Assembly: GCA_041649715.1 (NCBI GenBank)
Contig: JBAZMP010000002.1
Span: 132,964-196,963, forward strand
Origin: Patescibacteria group bacterium
GTDB taxonomy: Bacteria > Patescibacteriota > Patescibacteriia > JAXHNJ01
Length of the DNA: 64,000 nt
Direction: 5' to 3'
Shown here piece by piece: positions 46,360 through 53,875 of this stretch (position 1 is the first letter of the stretch; each line of letters starts with the position of its first letter). A program made the translations under genes and the position numbers. The notes beneath the pieces are model-generated. The model was not told where the DNA came from, searched no databases, and saw nothing but the letters and a program-made list of their open reading frames with translations.

Positions 46360-46480
46360 GTGGGCAGAGCGGAGGGTTCGCATATCACCGCAAAGCGGGA
46401 CCCCCCCGCAATGCGGGGTGGGTGGTCTAGTGCGCTTGCTTGTCCCGCAAAGCGGGATGCCGCTCTGCGGCAGAGAGCCG
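46360..46480 (+). other. GC-rich structured segment built from tRNA-Ser 5'-half fragments plus small hairpins
   Basis: 'ggagggttcgcat' (11/13 match to tRNA positions 1-13) and an exact 21-mer 'gtggtctagtgcgcttgcttg' (46422-46442 = 46572-46592). These are separated by hairpins CCGCaaaGCGG, CCCCGCaatGCGGGG and TCCCGCaaaGCGGGA, all closed by GCAGAGCGG/CCGCTCTGC. Confidence 0.6.
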
Positions 46481-46557
46481 GAAAATAAGCATATGTATTC
46501 TGTCTGCATATAAAAGTTATAAAGGCGGTTTGCAATTTAATAAGTAGCGGAAAGAAC

Positions 46558-46644
46558 GGAGAGGTCGCATAGTGGTCTAGTGCGCTTGCTTGGAGAGCAA
46601 GTAGACCTTCACCGGTCTCGCGAGTTCAAATCTCGCCCTCTCCG
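46558..46644 (+). tRNA. tRNA-Ser(GGA), no encoded CCA
   Basis: Acceptor GGAGAGG/CCTCTCC. Anticodon arm CTTGC-ttGGAga-GCAAG. Long variable arm. T arm GCGAG-ttcaaat-CTCGC. Discriminator G. Confidence 0.92.
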
Positions 46645-46761
46645 TTCTTCCCGCTACAATCTTGCCCTCTCCGCCAATTATTTTAAATAAAAAAATCGCA
46701 AAAGTCTTGCATTTTTCTGGCGGGTGTTTGTTAAGATAAATTAAGTCGCAATTTGATTGGT

Positions 46762-47910
46762 ATGAATTTCTATGACCTTAGGAATAAAATAGGCCGCTAT
46801 AAAAAATTTTCCCTTGTTACGACACTAGAAAAAAGCTCTGTAGTAAACGAAGCCTATCCGGGCCAATTTAATCTTAGCTTCACTGAATCAAAATGGCTGG
46901 ATAAATTTGACAATTATATAGATGTAAATGAAGATTTTTTCTTTAGTACCATACAGCCCGTTATTAGATACAACGACTTCAAAAATCAAATCTTAACAAA
47001 TAAGACTGCGCACAAACATCTAGCGTTATTTGATATGGCAGATTTGGTCGGAGCAGGAGTTTTTGTTGATAAGAATTCGGGCAATAACTTTACAATACTT
47101 GAGATTCAAGAATTTATTAAATTATTTTTGGAGCTAAAAATTTCTCTCGACAGAGTATATGTTAGTAGCTTTGCCGGCGCGAAAGTAAATGAGGCTACAA
47201 GAGGGAAATATAAATTTGAAAAATTTATACCACCATTTGAATTCGGAAGAAATCAGTGGGTGAAAAACGGGATACCTTCAAAAAATATTATTCCCGATAA
47301 GTCTCGTGACACATTTCTAGCTCTTAATCTTTATGGAAGACCAACGCCCTGGGGTTATCGCAACGAAATTTATATTAAATCTTCCGCCGGCGAATTAATT
47401 GATATCGCTACGTTAGAACATTTAATTTGGTGCCCCGTTTTTAAAGACGGCGAGATTATTGATTTAGTTGACTATGAACATTTCGTAGGTTTGAATGTTA
47501 TTGGAGTCGAAAGGTTATGCATGATCATTAATGATTTCACTAATATTTCTCAATGTGAACATATTTATCCTCTAATCTTAGCGATTAAAAAAGTTTCATT
47601 AAATTACAATTACCATTCGGCTTTTACCGTTGTCGAGAGTGTGCGGGCGGTACATAGGATTATTGCGGATATCGACAAACCAAGCAATCTGTCAAAAACG
47701 CGTCATACAAAATTTAATGATTATTTAGAGGCTTTATACATTCATTTGAATATGCTTAAAATATCAGATAAGATGGGTGTGTTAGAGAAAATATTTGAAT
47801 TAAATGCGAAAATCAATCCGCATTATCCGGAATTACAAAGTGCGGCTAACAATGCTAAAAAAACAGTAGAAGCATATTTTGAGGTAAGATTTAAAAATAG
47901 GGATTGTTAA
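46762..47910 (+). CDS. free-standing AlaRS catalytic-core-like (class IIc) paralog, divergent
   Basis: Colinear remote matches to E. coli AlaRS, recalled from memory. 'STIQPVIRYNDF...KTAHKHLALFDMADLVG' vs 'TSQRCVR...TARHHTFFEMLGNFS'. 'IGVERLCMIINDFTNISQCEHIYPLI' vs '[27 protein letters not shown]'. 'VVESVRAVHRIIADIDKPSN' vs '[22 protein letters not shown]'. AT-rich. Confidence 0.55.
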   Translation: MNFYDLRNKIGRYKKFSLVTTLEKSSVVNEAYPGQFNLSFTESKWLDKFDNYIDVNEDFFFSTIQPVIRYNDFKNQILTNKTAHKHLALFDMADLVGAGVFVDKNSGNNFTILEIQEFIKLFLELKISLDRVYVSSFAGAKVNEATRGKYKFEKFIPPFEFGRNQWVKNGIPSKNIIPDKSRDTFLALNLYGRPTPWGYRNEIYIKSSAGELIDIATLEHLIWCPVFKDGEIIDLVDYEHFVGLNVIGVERLCMIINDFTNISQCEHIYPLILAIKKVSLNYNYHSAFTVVESVRAVHRIIADIDKPSNLSKTRHTKFNDYLEALYIHLNMLKISDKMGVLEKIFELNAKINPHYPELQSAANNAKKTVEAYFEVRFKNRDC

Positions 47911-47942
47911 AGAAAAACTTAAAATAATACTAATAATATTCC

Positions 47943-49106
47943 ATGAGACAAGAATTTGAAACAGATTTAAGAGATTTCGGCCAGGTGGCCAAAGAAGAGT
48001 TAAATACGGAAGAAAAACTTTCAGGGGGCAACTTCGAGAGTTTGTCTGCCGTTTCACGCCAGGATGAAGCGGCCAAAAGGCAGCATACCTCCCGCGAAAC
48101 GCAGCGTGAGATTTATGATATCCAAAAAGAAAAGCAAAAGATAATGCAGGCCTTAAAGGAACAACTGGCATGTCTGGACAACCCTGAGGGCAGACTGGAG
48201 CGGGAAAGAGGCGAACGGACGGTTTCTTTTGACGAAGCAGAGGGTGTTTTCGTTTATCAAGATGACCGGGGCCGCCGGCAAAAAGCGACTTTCGGGGAAA
48301 TCATGACCGACATGGATTGGAATGTTCTTTACCACCTGGATAAAGATTCAGCGCCGCGGCCCATGGTAAAGAAATACCTGGTGGAAAGAGCCAAGGCAAA
48401 ATTGTCGGCTCTGCTGGATCTGCAGATCATCAAAAGCGAGTCCGGAAGCAGTGTGGTCCACGAAAAAAAACAACAGGCTTACCGCCGCATTGAAATGGAC
48501 AGACAAAGCGGGGCGGTCAAGGAAAGCTGGGGCTTGGTTTCCGAGTTGATCGTCAAGGACTTTTTAAAAAAATTGAGCCTGGACAAGGATTTCCCTTTCA
48601 AGATCAAGGAAGCGGATGTTTTTCAGGACGTGGAGGAAAAAATCGATTTCATCATCCACCTAGAGAAGAAAAAACGGGGCGTTAACGTGGAGACCGACGA
48701 AAAAGCCAAGGATATCGGCATCCAGTTCACCGTTTCCCCGGAGGTGGCGCCGCACAAGGAGCAACAGCTGCAAAAAGCCAGGCAGGATGTCAAAAAGCAA
48801 GGAGAACGCATTGACGATATCGTCTTGGTCGTCTTTCCCCTGAAAATGGCCAGCGCCTTGCAGCGGCAATGGCGGCACGAGGGCCGCCCGGCCGGCGGGC
48901 CGGATAAATTTTTGTACCGGCAGGAGGCAGAAAAGCTCTTCAAGGAATTGCTGCAGGGCGTGCTTAAACCCGAGGAAATTGCCCAATATTGGGCGACTGT
49001 CCAGAACAATTGGGAAGAAGACCCGCAAATTATCGAGGAAAGAAAAACGCAGCGGGCCAGACACCAAATGAGTCAGCAAGCCTTAAAAAATAAAAATCAG
49101 CAGTGA
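47943..49106 (+). CDS. hypothetical charged protein (possible D..EEK nuclease-like motif)
   Basis: Long uninterrupted ORF. 'EADVFQDVEEKIDFIIHL...GIQFTVS'. No confident family. Confidence 0.55.
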   Translation: MRQEFETDLRDFGQVAKEELNTEEKLSGGNFESLSAVSRQDEAAKRQHTSRETQREIYDIQKEKQKIMQALKEQLACLDNPEGRLERERGERTVSFDEAEGVFVYQDDRGRRQKATFGEIMTDMDWNVLYHLDKDSAPRPMVKKYLVERAKAKLSALLDLQIIKSESGSSVVHEKKQQAYRRIEMDRQSGAVKESWGLVSELIVKDFLKKLSLDKDFPFKIKEADVFQDVEEKIDFIIHLEKKKRGVNVETDEKAKDIGIQFTVSPEVAPHKEQQLQKARQDVKKQGERIDDIVLVVFPLKMASALQRQWRHEGRPAGGPDKFLYRQEAEKLFKELLQGVLKPEEIAQYWATVQNNWEEDPQIIEERKTQRARHQMSQQALKNKNQQ

Positions 49107-49139
49107 TTAGAGTGTTTAGAGAATTGAGGTATTGAAAAT

Positions 49140-49496
49140 ATGAAAACCACCCTTAAAATTTTATACGGCCTGCTTTTTCTTTTAACCGCTTTCTGGCTGG
49201 CGGCGGGTTTTTACATGTTATTTAAAGAGGTAAAGGCGGAAATTTTCTGGCCGGCAAAAATCATCGCGATTCTCATGATCGGCAATGCTTTTATTTTCTT
49301 GGTTTTGGCCTGGGGAGTTTGGAAAAAGAAAAAATGGCTTTTCTATCCCGGTCTGATCTATCTGGCGATAAACGTCATTTTAAGCATAGCTGACCAGCTG
49401 GGATTCTGGGATTTTGTCGGCCTTGGTATCAGCCTGATAACTTTAATTTTTTTCTACAAAGCAAAAGCGGTTTTCAAAGAAACAAAGCCGGCCTGA
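49140..49496 (+). CDS. hypothetical 4-TM membrane protein
   Basis: Four hydrophobic helices. ATG preceded by 'GAGGTATTGAAAAT'. Confidence 0.6.
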   Translation: MKTTLKILYGLLFLLTAFWLAAGFYMLFKEVKAEIFWPAKIIAILMIGNAFIFLVLAWGVWKKKKWLFYPGLIYLAINVILSIADQLGFWDFVGLGISLITLIFFYKAKAVFKETKPA

Positions 49497-49599
49497 CTTG
49501 GACAAAACAGGAGAAATATGTCGCAATATGAGCCGAGCGTGGCTTTTTTTGCAAATATTGCTATAATATTAGGGCCTATTTGTCTGATAATATATTAAG

Positions 49600-49899
49600 A
49601 TGCCTAGCCCAGAAGAAAATAAATTTCAAGAAACAGAAGAGGATAATTTGGAATTAAAGCAATACAGGGAGTTTGATTTGGAATCTTTGCGACAAATGCA
49701 GGGTCGTTTAATGGTCAAGATAGAAGAAACAAGAGCACTTATAGCGGACAAGCAGCAGGAGATTAAGATAAAAGAAGAGCAAAAAGATGATGATGGTGTT
49801 TATGTCTGCGGATTGGAGTTAAGGCAAAAAGAGACGGTTCTCGGGGGCCTTGAGGAGAATTTAAAAATGTTGAATATGGCAATAGAAGAAAAAATATAA
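49600..49899 (+). CDS. hypothetical coiled-coil protein
   Basis: Heptad-like charged sequence. No family assigned. Confidence 0.45.
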   Translation: MPSPEENKFQETEEDNLELKQYREFDLESLRQMQGRLMVKIEETRALIADKQQEIKIKEEQKDDDGVYVCGLELRQKETVLGGLEENLKMLNMAIEEKI

Positions 49900-49917
49900 A
49901 TCATAACTAATAAAACT

Positions 49918-50250
49918 ATGCCCAGAGAACACGAAGGGGAAAATCCCGAAGAATCGTTTAGCGAAACAGACAGAGAAAATGAAAAAGAAATATCAGTCAC
50001 ATTATCTCGGGAATCGACATTTGCCGACCTGTACAGATTGATGGAAAATCATGAAAATAGTGAAGAATTGAAGGATTTGTTTGATCAGGAATTAATCGAT
50101 AATTTCGGCCAAGAAATAGTTGATGAAGTTATGGCTTTTGAAGAATCTGCTAACCCTGAAGCGGCCAAAACAAAAGTAATTGATTTCTTCGTGGAGCGCG
50201 GTTATGAAAAAGGGGATATTATTGCTTATTTGCCCGTTGAATTTAAGTAA
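49918..50250 (+). CDS. hypothetical acidic protein
   Basis: Highly acidic 110-aa ORF. No family assigned. Confidence 0.45.
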   Translation: MPREHEGENPEESFSETDRENEKEISVTLSRESTFADLYRLMENHENSEELKDLFDQELIDNFGQEIVDEVMAFEESANPEAAKTKVIDFFVERGYEKGDIIAYLPVEFK

Positions 50251-50257
50251 TACAAAA

Positions 50258-50345
50258 CGTCACCTCGAGGTATCCTTCGACGCGGCTCAGGGCTCAGCCT
50301 GACAATATGGACTAAGCCTTTTTTTGCCCGGGGTTTGGGGGGGAA
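50258..50345. repeat. degenerate member of the GTCACC..GAGG / CTCAG..TGACA palindromic repeat family
   Basis: 'cgtcacctcgaggtatccttcgacg..ctcagggctcagcctgacaat..actaagcc..gcccggggtttggggggg'. Confidence 0.6.
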
Positions 50346-50354
50346 CAAAAAGCT

Positions 50355-50819
50355 ATGCGCGACCCGAAGCTTGAAACATCAGGAAAAATAATCGGCTTTT
50401 ATGAAAGGGAGTTTTATTGTTTTTCCAATTTTTCAAGTTTTAAAGTGGAGTGGCAGGGTAAAATCTGGATGACCTCGGAACATGCCTATCAGGCGGCCAG
50501 ATTCTTGAAAACCGCGCCGGCCATCGCGGAAGAGATTTATAAGGCCAGGTCCGCCCACGAAGCGAAAAAGATCATGGAAAGAAACCGGGCCAAAGAGGAG
50601 CCGAACTGGGAGACCAAGAAGGTTGGCGTGATGGAAGAAATATGCTCTAATAAACTCAAGCAGAACCCTTATATCCAAAAGAAGCTGCGGGAAACCGGAA
50701 CAAAAGATATTGTGGAGGATTCGCCGGTGGATGGTTTCTGGGGCTGGGGTCCTGATCGCAAAGGCAGAAATGAACTTGGGAAGATTTGGATGAGATTAAG
50801 AGAGAAACTGTCACCCTGA
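50355..50819 (+). CDS. NADAR (YbiA/DUF1768) family protein
   Basis: 'FYEREFYCFSNFS...WMTSEHAYQAARF', 'DGFWGWG'. The last four codons and the stop lie in the repeat core. Confidence 0.8.
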   Translation: MRDPKLETSGKIIGFYEREFYCFSNFSSFKVEWQGKIWMTSEHAYQAARFLKTAPAIAEEIYKARSAHEAKKIMERNRAKEEPNWETKKVGVMEEICSNKLKQNPYIQKKLRETGTKDIVEDSPVDGFWGWGPDRKGRNELGKIWMRLREKLSP

Positions 50820-50942
50820 GGTGCGGAGCCTCGAAGGGTGACGCCTGAAAAAAGGCACATTGTCTATGCTTCGAGACGCCCGCCGGGCTCCTCAGCATGA
50901 CAATGTGGGCTAGCCTTTTGAGCCCGTGGTTTGGGGGGCGAC
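50808..50942. repeat. palindromic repeat element with 34-nt core TGTCACCCTGAGGTGCGGAGCCTCGAAGGGTGAC (core 50809-50842)
   Basis: Core identical at 50809, 51905 and 52560. The second half ends '...ctcctcagcatgacaat'. Confidence 0.85.
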
Positions 50943-51027
50943 GGAGATATCAAGATATTGTCCGCCCAAGGCGGATCCGCCTCTGGCGGAAGATGTCGAG
51001 AACTAGTTAAGTAAAAGGCTTACATTT

Positions 51028-51243
51028 ATGATAAAAAAGAATACCAAAGCCATTTTTCTTGACGGTGATTACAAAGGCGAATATGACTGGCAAGGAGGCA
51101 TCCCTCTTTTTGAAGGAGAAATTATGTCCGTCAAAGTTAAAGGGAAAGTGCTTCCTTACAAGTTAATTAAGAAGGAAGTTTCTTGTGAAGCAGAAAGCGA
51201 TGATCAGGTAATTGAGGCTGTTTATACTTTCAAACTGACATAA
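51028..51243 (+). CDS. hypothetical small protein
   Basis: 71-aa ORF between repeat elements. No family assigned. Confidence 0.4.
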   Translation: MIKKNTKAIFLDGDYKGEYDWQGGIPLFEGEIMSVKVKGKVLPYKLIKKEVSCEAESDDQVIEAVYTFKLT

Positions 51244-51311
51244 AAAACTTCTCGGGGTTTGGGGGAGGAAAAATAATTAACTAATATATTAATATTAAGG
51301 AGGCAAAATAT

Positions 51312-51896
51312 ATGACAAAAACAATCGAAAATTTAACTAAAGCGTTTATTGGCGAATCTCAAGCAAGGAACAGGTATACCATCTATGCGGCGCAAGCGAA
51401 AAAAGAGGGCTATGAACAATTAGCGGGAATTTTTGAAGAGACCGCCAATCAGGAGTTTGAGCATGGTGAGTGGAATTTCAAAATGCTCAAAGAATTGCTG
51501 GCCAAAGAAGGTTTAGGCATGCCGGAGCTAAAAGTGGAAGCCGGGGCGCCGACCACCTGGGGCAGCCTGATTGAAAACCTGCAAGGTGCGATCAAAGGGG
51601 AAAACTGGGAGCACACGACCATGTATCCGGAATTCGCGGAACAGGCCAAGAAAGACGGTTATCCGGAAGTGGCCAAGCGCTTACTTTCCATTGCCAAAGC
51701 GGAAGAGCATCATGAAGAAAGATATTTAAAGTACGTGAAAGTGCTGGAAGACGGCACGGTTTTCAAGAAAGAGAAAAAAGTCTGGTGGTACTGCCGCAAG
51801 TGCGGATACATGCATTTTGGCGAAGAAGCGCCGACGACTTGTCCGTCCTGTGGTCATGCGCAAGGGTTTTATCAGATGAAGTGTGAAGAGTACTAA
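51312..51896 (+). CDS. rbr: rubrerythrin
   Basis: Ferritin-like diiron ligands ('EFEH', 'EEHH') plus a C-terminal rubredoxin-like 'CRKCGY...CPSCGH'. RBS 'AAGGAGG'. Confidence 0.93.
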   Translation: MTKTIENLTKAFIGESQARNRYTIYAAQAKKEGYEQLAGIFEETANQEFEHGEWNFKMLKELLAKEGLGMPELKVEAGAPTTWGSLIENLQGAIKGENWEHTTMYPEFAEQAKKDGYPEVAKRLLSIAKAEEHHEERYLKYVKVLEDGTVFKKEKKVWWYCRKCGYMHFGEEAPTTCPSCGHAQGFYQMKCEEY

Positions 51897-51903
51897 ATAG
51901 TAA

Positions 51904-52027
51904 CTGTCACCCTGAGGTGCGGAGCCTCGAAGGGTGACCCTTTAATAAGCTTCCGCTGTCTATACTTCGACACCTTCGCCCTTCGATGCCACTCAGGGCT
52001 CGGGCTCAGTATGACAGCGGACTAAGG
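51904..52027. repeat. palindromic repeat element (core 51905-51938)
   Basis: Identical 34-nt core. Second half 'gctgtctatacttcgac...ctcagtatgacagcgg'. Confidence 0.85.
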
Positions 52028-52038
52028 AGACAAACGAC

Positions 52039-52554
52039 ATGGCCAAGCTCTGGCGCTGCGAAATCTGCGGAGATTGCTATATCGGCGAAAAACCGCCGAC
52101 CAACTGCCCTTTTTGCGGAGCGCATCAAAAATATTTTAAGATCGCCAAAATAGCCAAGGCTAACTTTGACGTGAAGCTGAATGAAAAAGACCTGGCCAAC
52201 GCCGAACACGCCTTAGCCGTGGAAGTCTCCAATTTCACTTTCTATTTCTGCGCGGCCAAGAAAACGGATGATGAAGAAGGTAAGCTGTTATTCAAAGCTT
52301 TGGGCAAGGTGGAGCTGGAGCATGCGACAATCTGGAAGAAAATCTTAAAAAATGCCGCTATTCCGGCGGGCAATGACCAGTGCCATACGGCCAATAAGGA
52401 AAATCTTTCCGACTCGCACGCCCGAGAAACCAAGGCCATTGAATTTTATGCCAAAGCGGCCGGGGAATCGACAGACTCAAGGATCAAGCAGATTTTTGTC
52501 GCCTTAGTGGAAGTGGAGACGGATCATTTACACTTATCCGAGGAACGTTTATAA
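52039..52554 (+). CDS. reverse rubrerythrin-type protein (N-terminal rubredoxin-like Cys4 + ferritin-like domain)
   Basis: 'CEICGDCY...CPFCG' at the N-terminus. 'VELEHA' and 'VEVETDH' diiron-type helices. Confidence 0.8.
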   Translation: MAKLWRCEICGDCYIGEKPPTNCPFCGAHQKYFKIAKIAKANFDVKLNEKDLANAEHALAVEVSNFTFYFCAAKKTDDEEGKLLFKALGKVELEHATIWKKILKNAAIPAGNDQCHTANKENLSDSHARETKAIEFYAKAAGESTDSRIKQIFVALVEVETDHLHLSEERL

Positions 52555-52558
52555 TATA

Positions 52559-52665
52559 TTGTCACCCTGAGGTGCGGAGCCTCGAAGGGTGACGCTTTGA
52601 TAAATACTACTGCCATACTTCGAGGCACTTCGCTTTCGCTCGTGCACCTCAGTATGACAGTATGG
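52559..52665. repeat. palindromic repeat element (core 52560-52593)
   Basis: Identical 34-nt core. Second half 'ctgccatacttcgag...cctcagtatgacagtatgg'. Confidence 0.85.
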
Positions 52666-52711
52666 TAAAAACTTAACTTCTCAACAACTTAACAACTCAA
52701 CAACTAACAAC

Positions 52712-53092
52712 ATGACCCAACTCAAACAAATCTACAAATGCGCGGTTTGCGGAAATATCGTGGAAGTGGTCCATGACGGGGTCGGCCAGCTTGTTTGTTG
52801 CGGCCAGCCCATGGATTTATTGGAAGAAAAGACGGAAGATGCTGGTAAAGAAAAACATGTGCCGGTGATCGAGAATAAAGAAGGCAAAGTCTTGGTGAAA
52901 GTCGGCAGCATCCCGCATCCTATGGAAGAAAAGCATTTTATTGAATGGATCGAGCTGAATACGGATGGGGTGGTCCGACGGAAATTCTTAAAACCAGGGG
53001 ACAAGCCGGAAGCGGAATTCTGCGTCTGCGACGCTAAGGAATTGTCAGCCCGGATTTACTGCAACGTGCACGGACTCTGGAAGAATATATAA
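52712..53092 (+). CDS. dfx: desulfoferrodoxin (2Fe superoxide reductase)
   Basis: Center I '[10 protein letters not shown]...CCGQPM'. Center II region 'KHVPVIE...[12 protein letters not shown]...CNVHGLW'. Confidence 0.92.
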   Translation: MTQLKQIYKCAVCGNIVEVVHDGVGQLVCCGQPMDLLEEKTEDAGKEKHVPVIENKEGKVLVKVGSIPHPMEEKHFIEWIELNTDGVVRRKFLKPGDKPEAEFCVCDAKELSARIYCNVHGLWKNI

Positions 53093-53110
53093 ATAAACAA
53101 TTTTAAGAAT

Positions 53111-53875
53111 ATGGAAACTCAGCCTATTTATAAATATATTTGGTTTGGAACTTGTCTTCGTTTTCTTCAAGACGTAACTTCAAATACAAAAATTCATGGA
53201 GATGGACTAGTTCTAGCTAATATTAATGGATTTTTAGAATATTTAGATATATTAGGATTGATAGTTACAAAAAGAGCTTCAGCTAAATTAGTTCAGTTTA
53301 AAAAAGAAATAGAAAACTTGCCAACCCATTCCAATTTAACTGTTGATCAAGCAGTTAAGTTAAGAGGTTTAATGGATAGTATACGTAATACGCTAAGTGC
53401 AGAGGCGGAAGGAGTTTTGATTTTTGTAGTAACATCTAAAAGATTAGATGTGAATAAGTTGCTCAATGAAGTTTCTAATCTTTTTGCTCCGGATGTTTTT
53501 AAAAATTTACCAGATGTTGCTCGCTTTGATTTTAATGAAGCAGGTAAATGTATAGCTTTTTATAGGCCCACTGCCGCCGCTTTTCATTTATTAAGAGGCA
53601 CAGAGGCAATGTTGAGGGAGTTTTATTGTAGATTGATTAAACAAAAGCGTCTCAAAGAACTTTTGTGGGGTCCAGTAGTGGATAACCTAAGGTTGCGTCA
53701 GAAAACAAAAAAATATGATACATTGTATAATAATTTAGATAATATACGTCTTTCATTCAGAAATCCGACACAGCATCCAGAAAAAGTTTATGATATTGAT
53801 GAAGCACAAGATCTTTGGTCATTATGCATTGATGTTGTAAATAGAATGTCTAAAATATTAATGGAAAATTCATAA
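53111..53875 (+). CDS. DUF4145/HEPN-like protein (Rx4H motif), AT-rich
   Basis: 'FNEAGKCIAFYRPTAAAFHLLRGTEAMLREFY' followed by 'IRLSFRNPTQHPE' (R-N-x3-H). The stop TAA directly abuts the dnaG ATG. Confidence 0.5.
   Translation: METQPIYKYIWFGTCLRFLQDVTSNTKIHGDGLVLANINGFLEYLDILGLIVTKRASAKLVQFKKEIENLPTHSNLTVDQAVKLRGLMDSIRNTLSAEAEGVLIFVVTSKRLDVNKLLNEVSNLFAPDVFKNLPDVARFDFNEAGKCIAFYRPTAAAFHLLRGTEAMLREFYCRLIKQKRLKELLWGPVVDNLRLRQKTKKYDTLYNNLDNIRLSFRNPTQHPEKVYDIDEAQDLWSLCIDVVNRMSKILMENS

Noticed and set aside
46330-46480. Known structured RNAs (SRP RNA, RNase P RNA, 6S, T-box) as explanation for the GC-rich segment upstream of tRNA-Ser
   Set aside because: I could not find the diagnostic motifs. These would be the SRP domain-IV GGAA/AGCA loop context, the RNase P 'GAGGAAAGTCC' motif, or the T-box 'AGAGA/GGUGNRA' elements. 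The clear tRNA-Ser fragment identity offers a simpler origin. This needs an Infernal scan to be certain.
46102-46535. Minus-strand ORFs 46102..46509 and 46323..46535
   Set aside because: They run through a terminator, a promoter and the GC-rich hairpin/tRNA-fragment region. Their Pro/Arg/Gly-rich translation is typical of read-through of palindromic repeats.
50809-52593. CRISPR-like appearance of three identical 34-nt repeats
   Set aside because: The intervals are ~1.1 kb and ~0.65 kb and consist of full protein-coding genes (a hypothetical gene plus rubrerythrin, then reverse rubrerythrin). The repeats are themselves palindromic halves of larger elements, and no cas genes are present.
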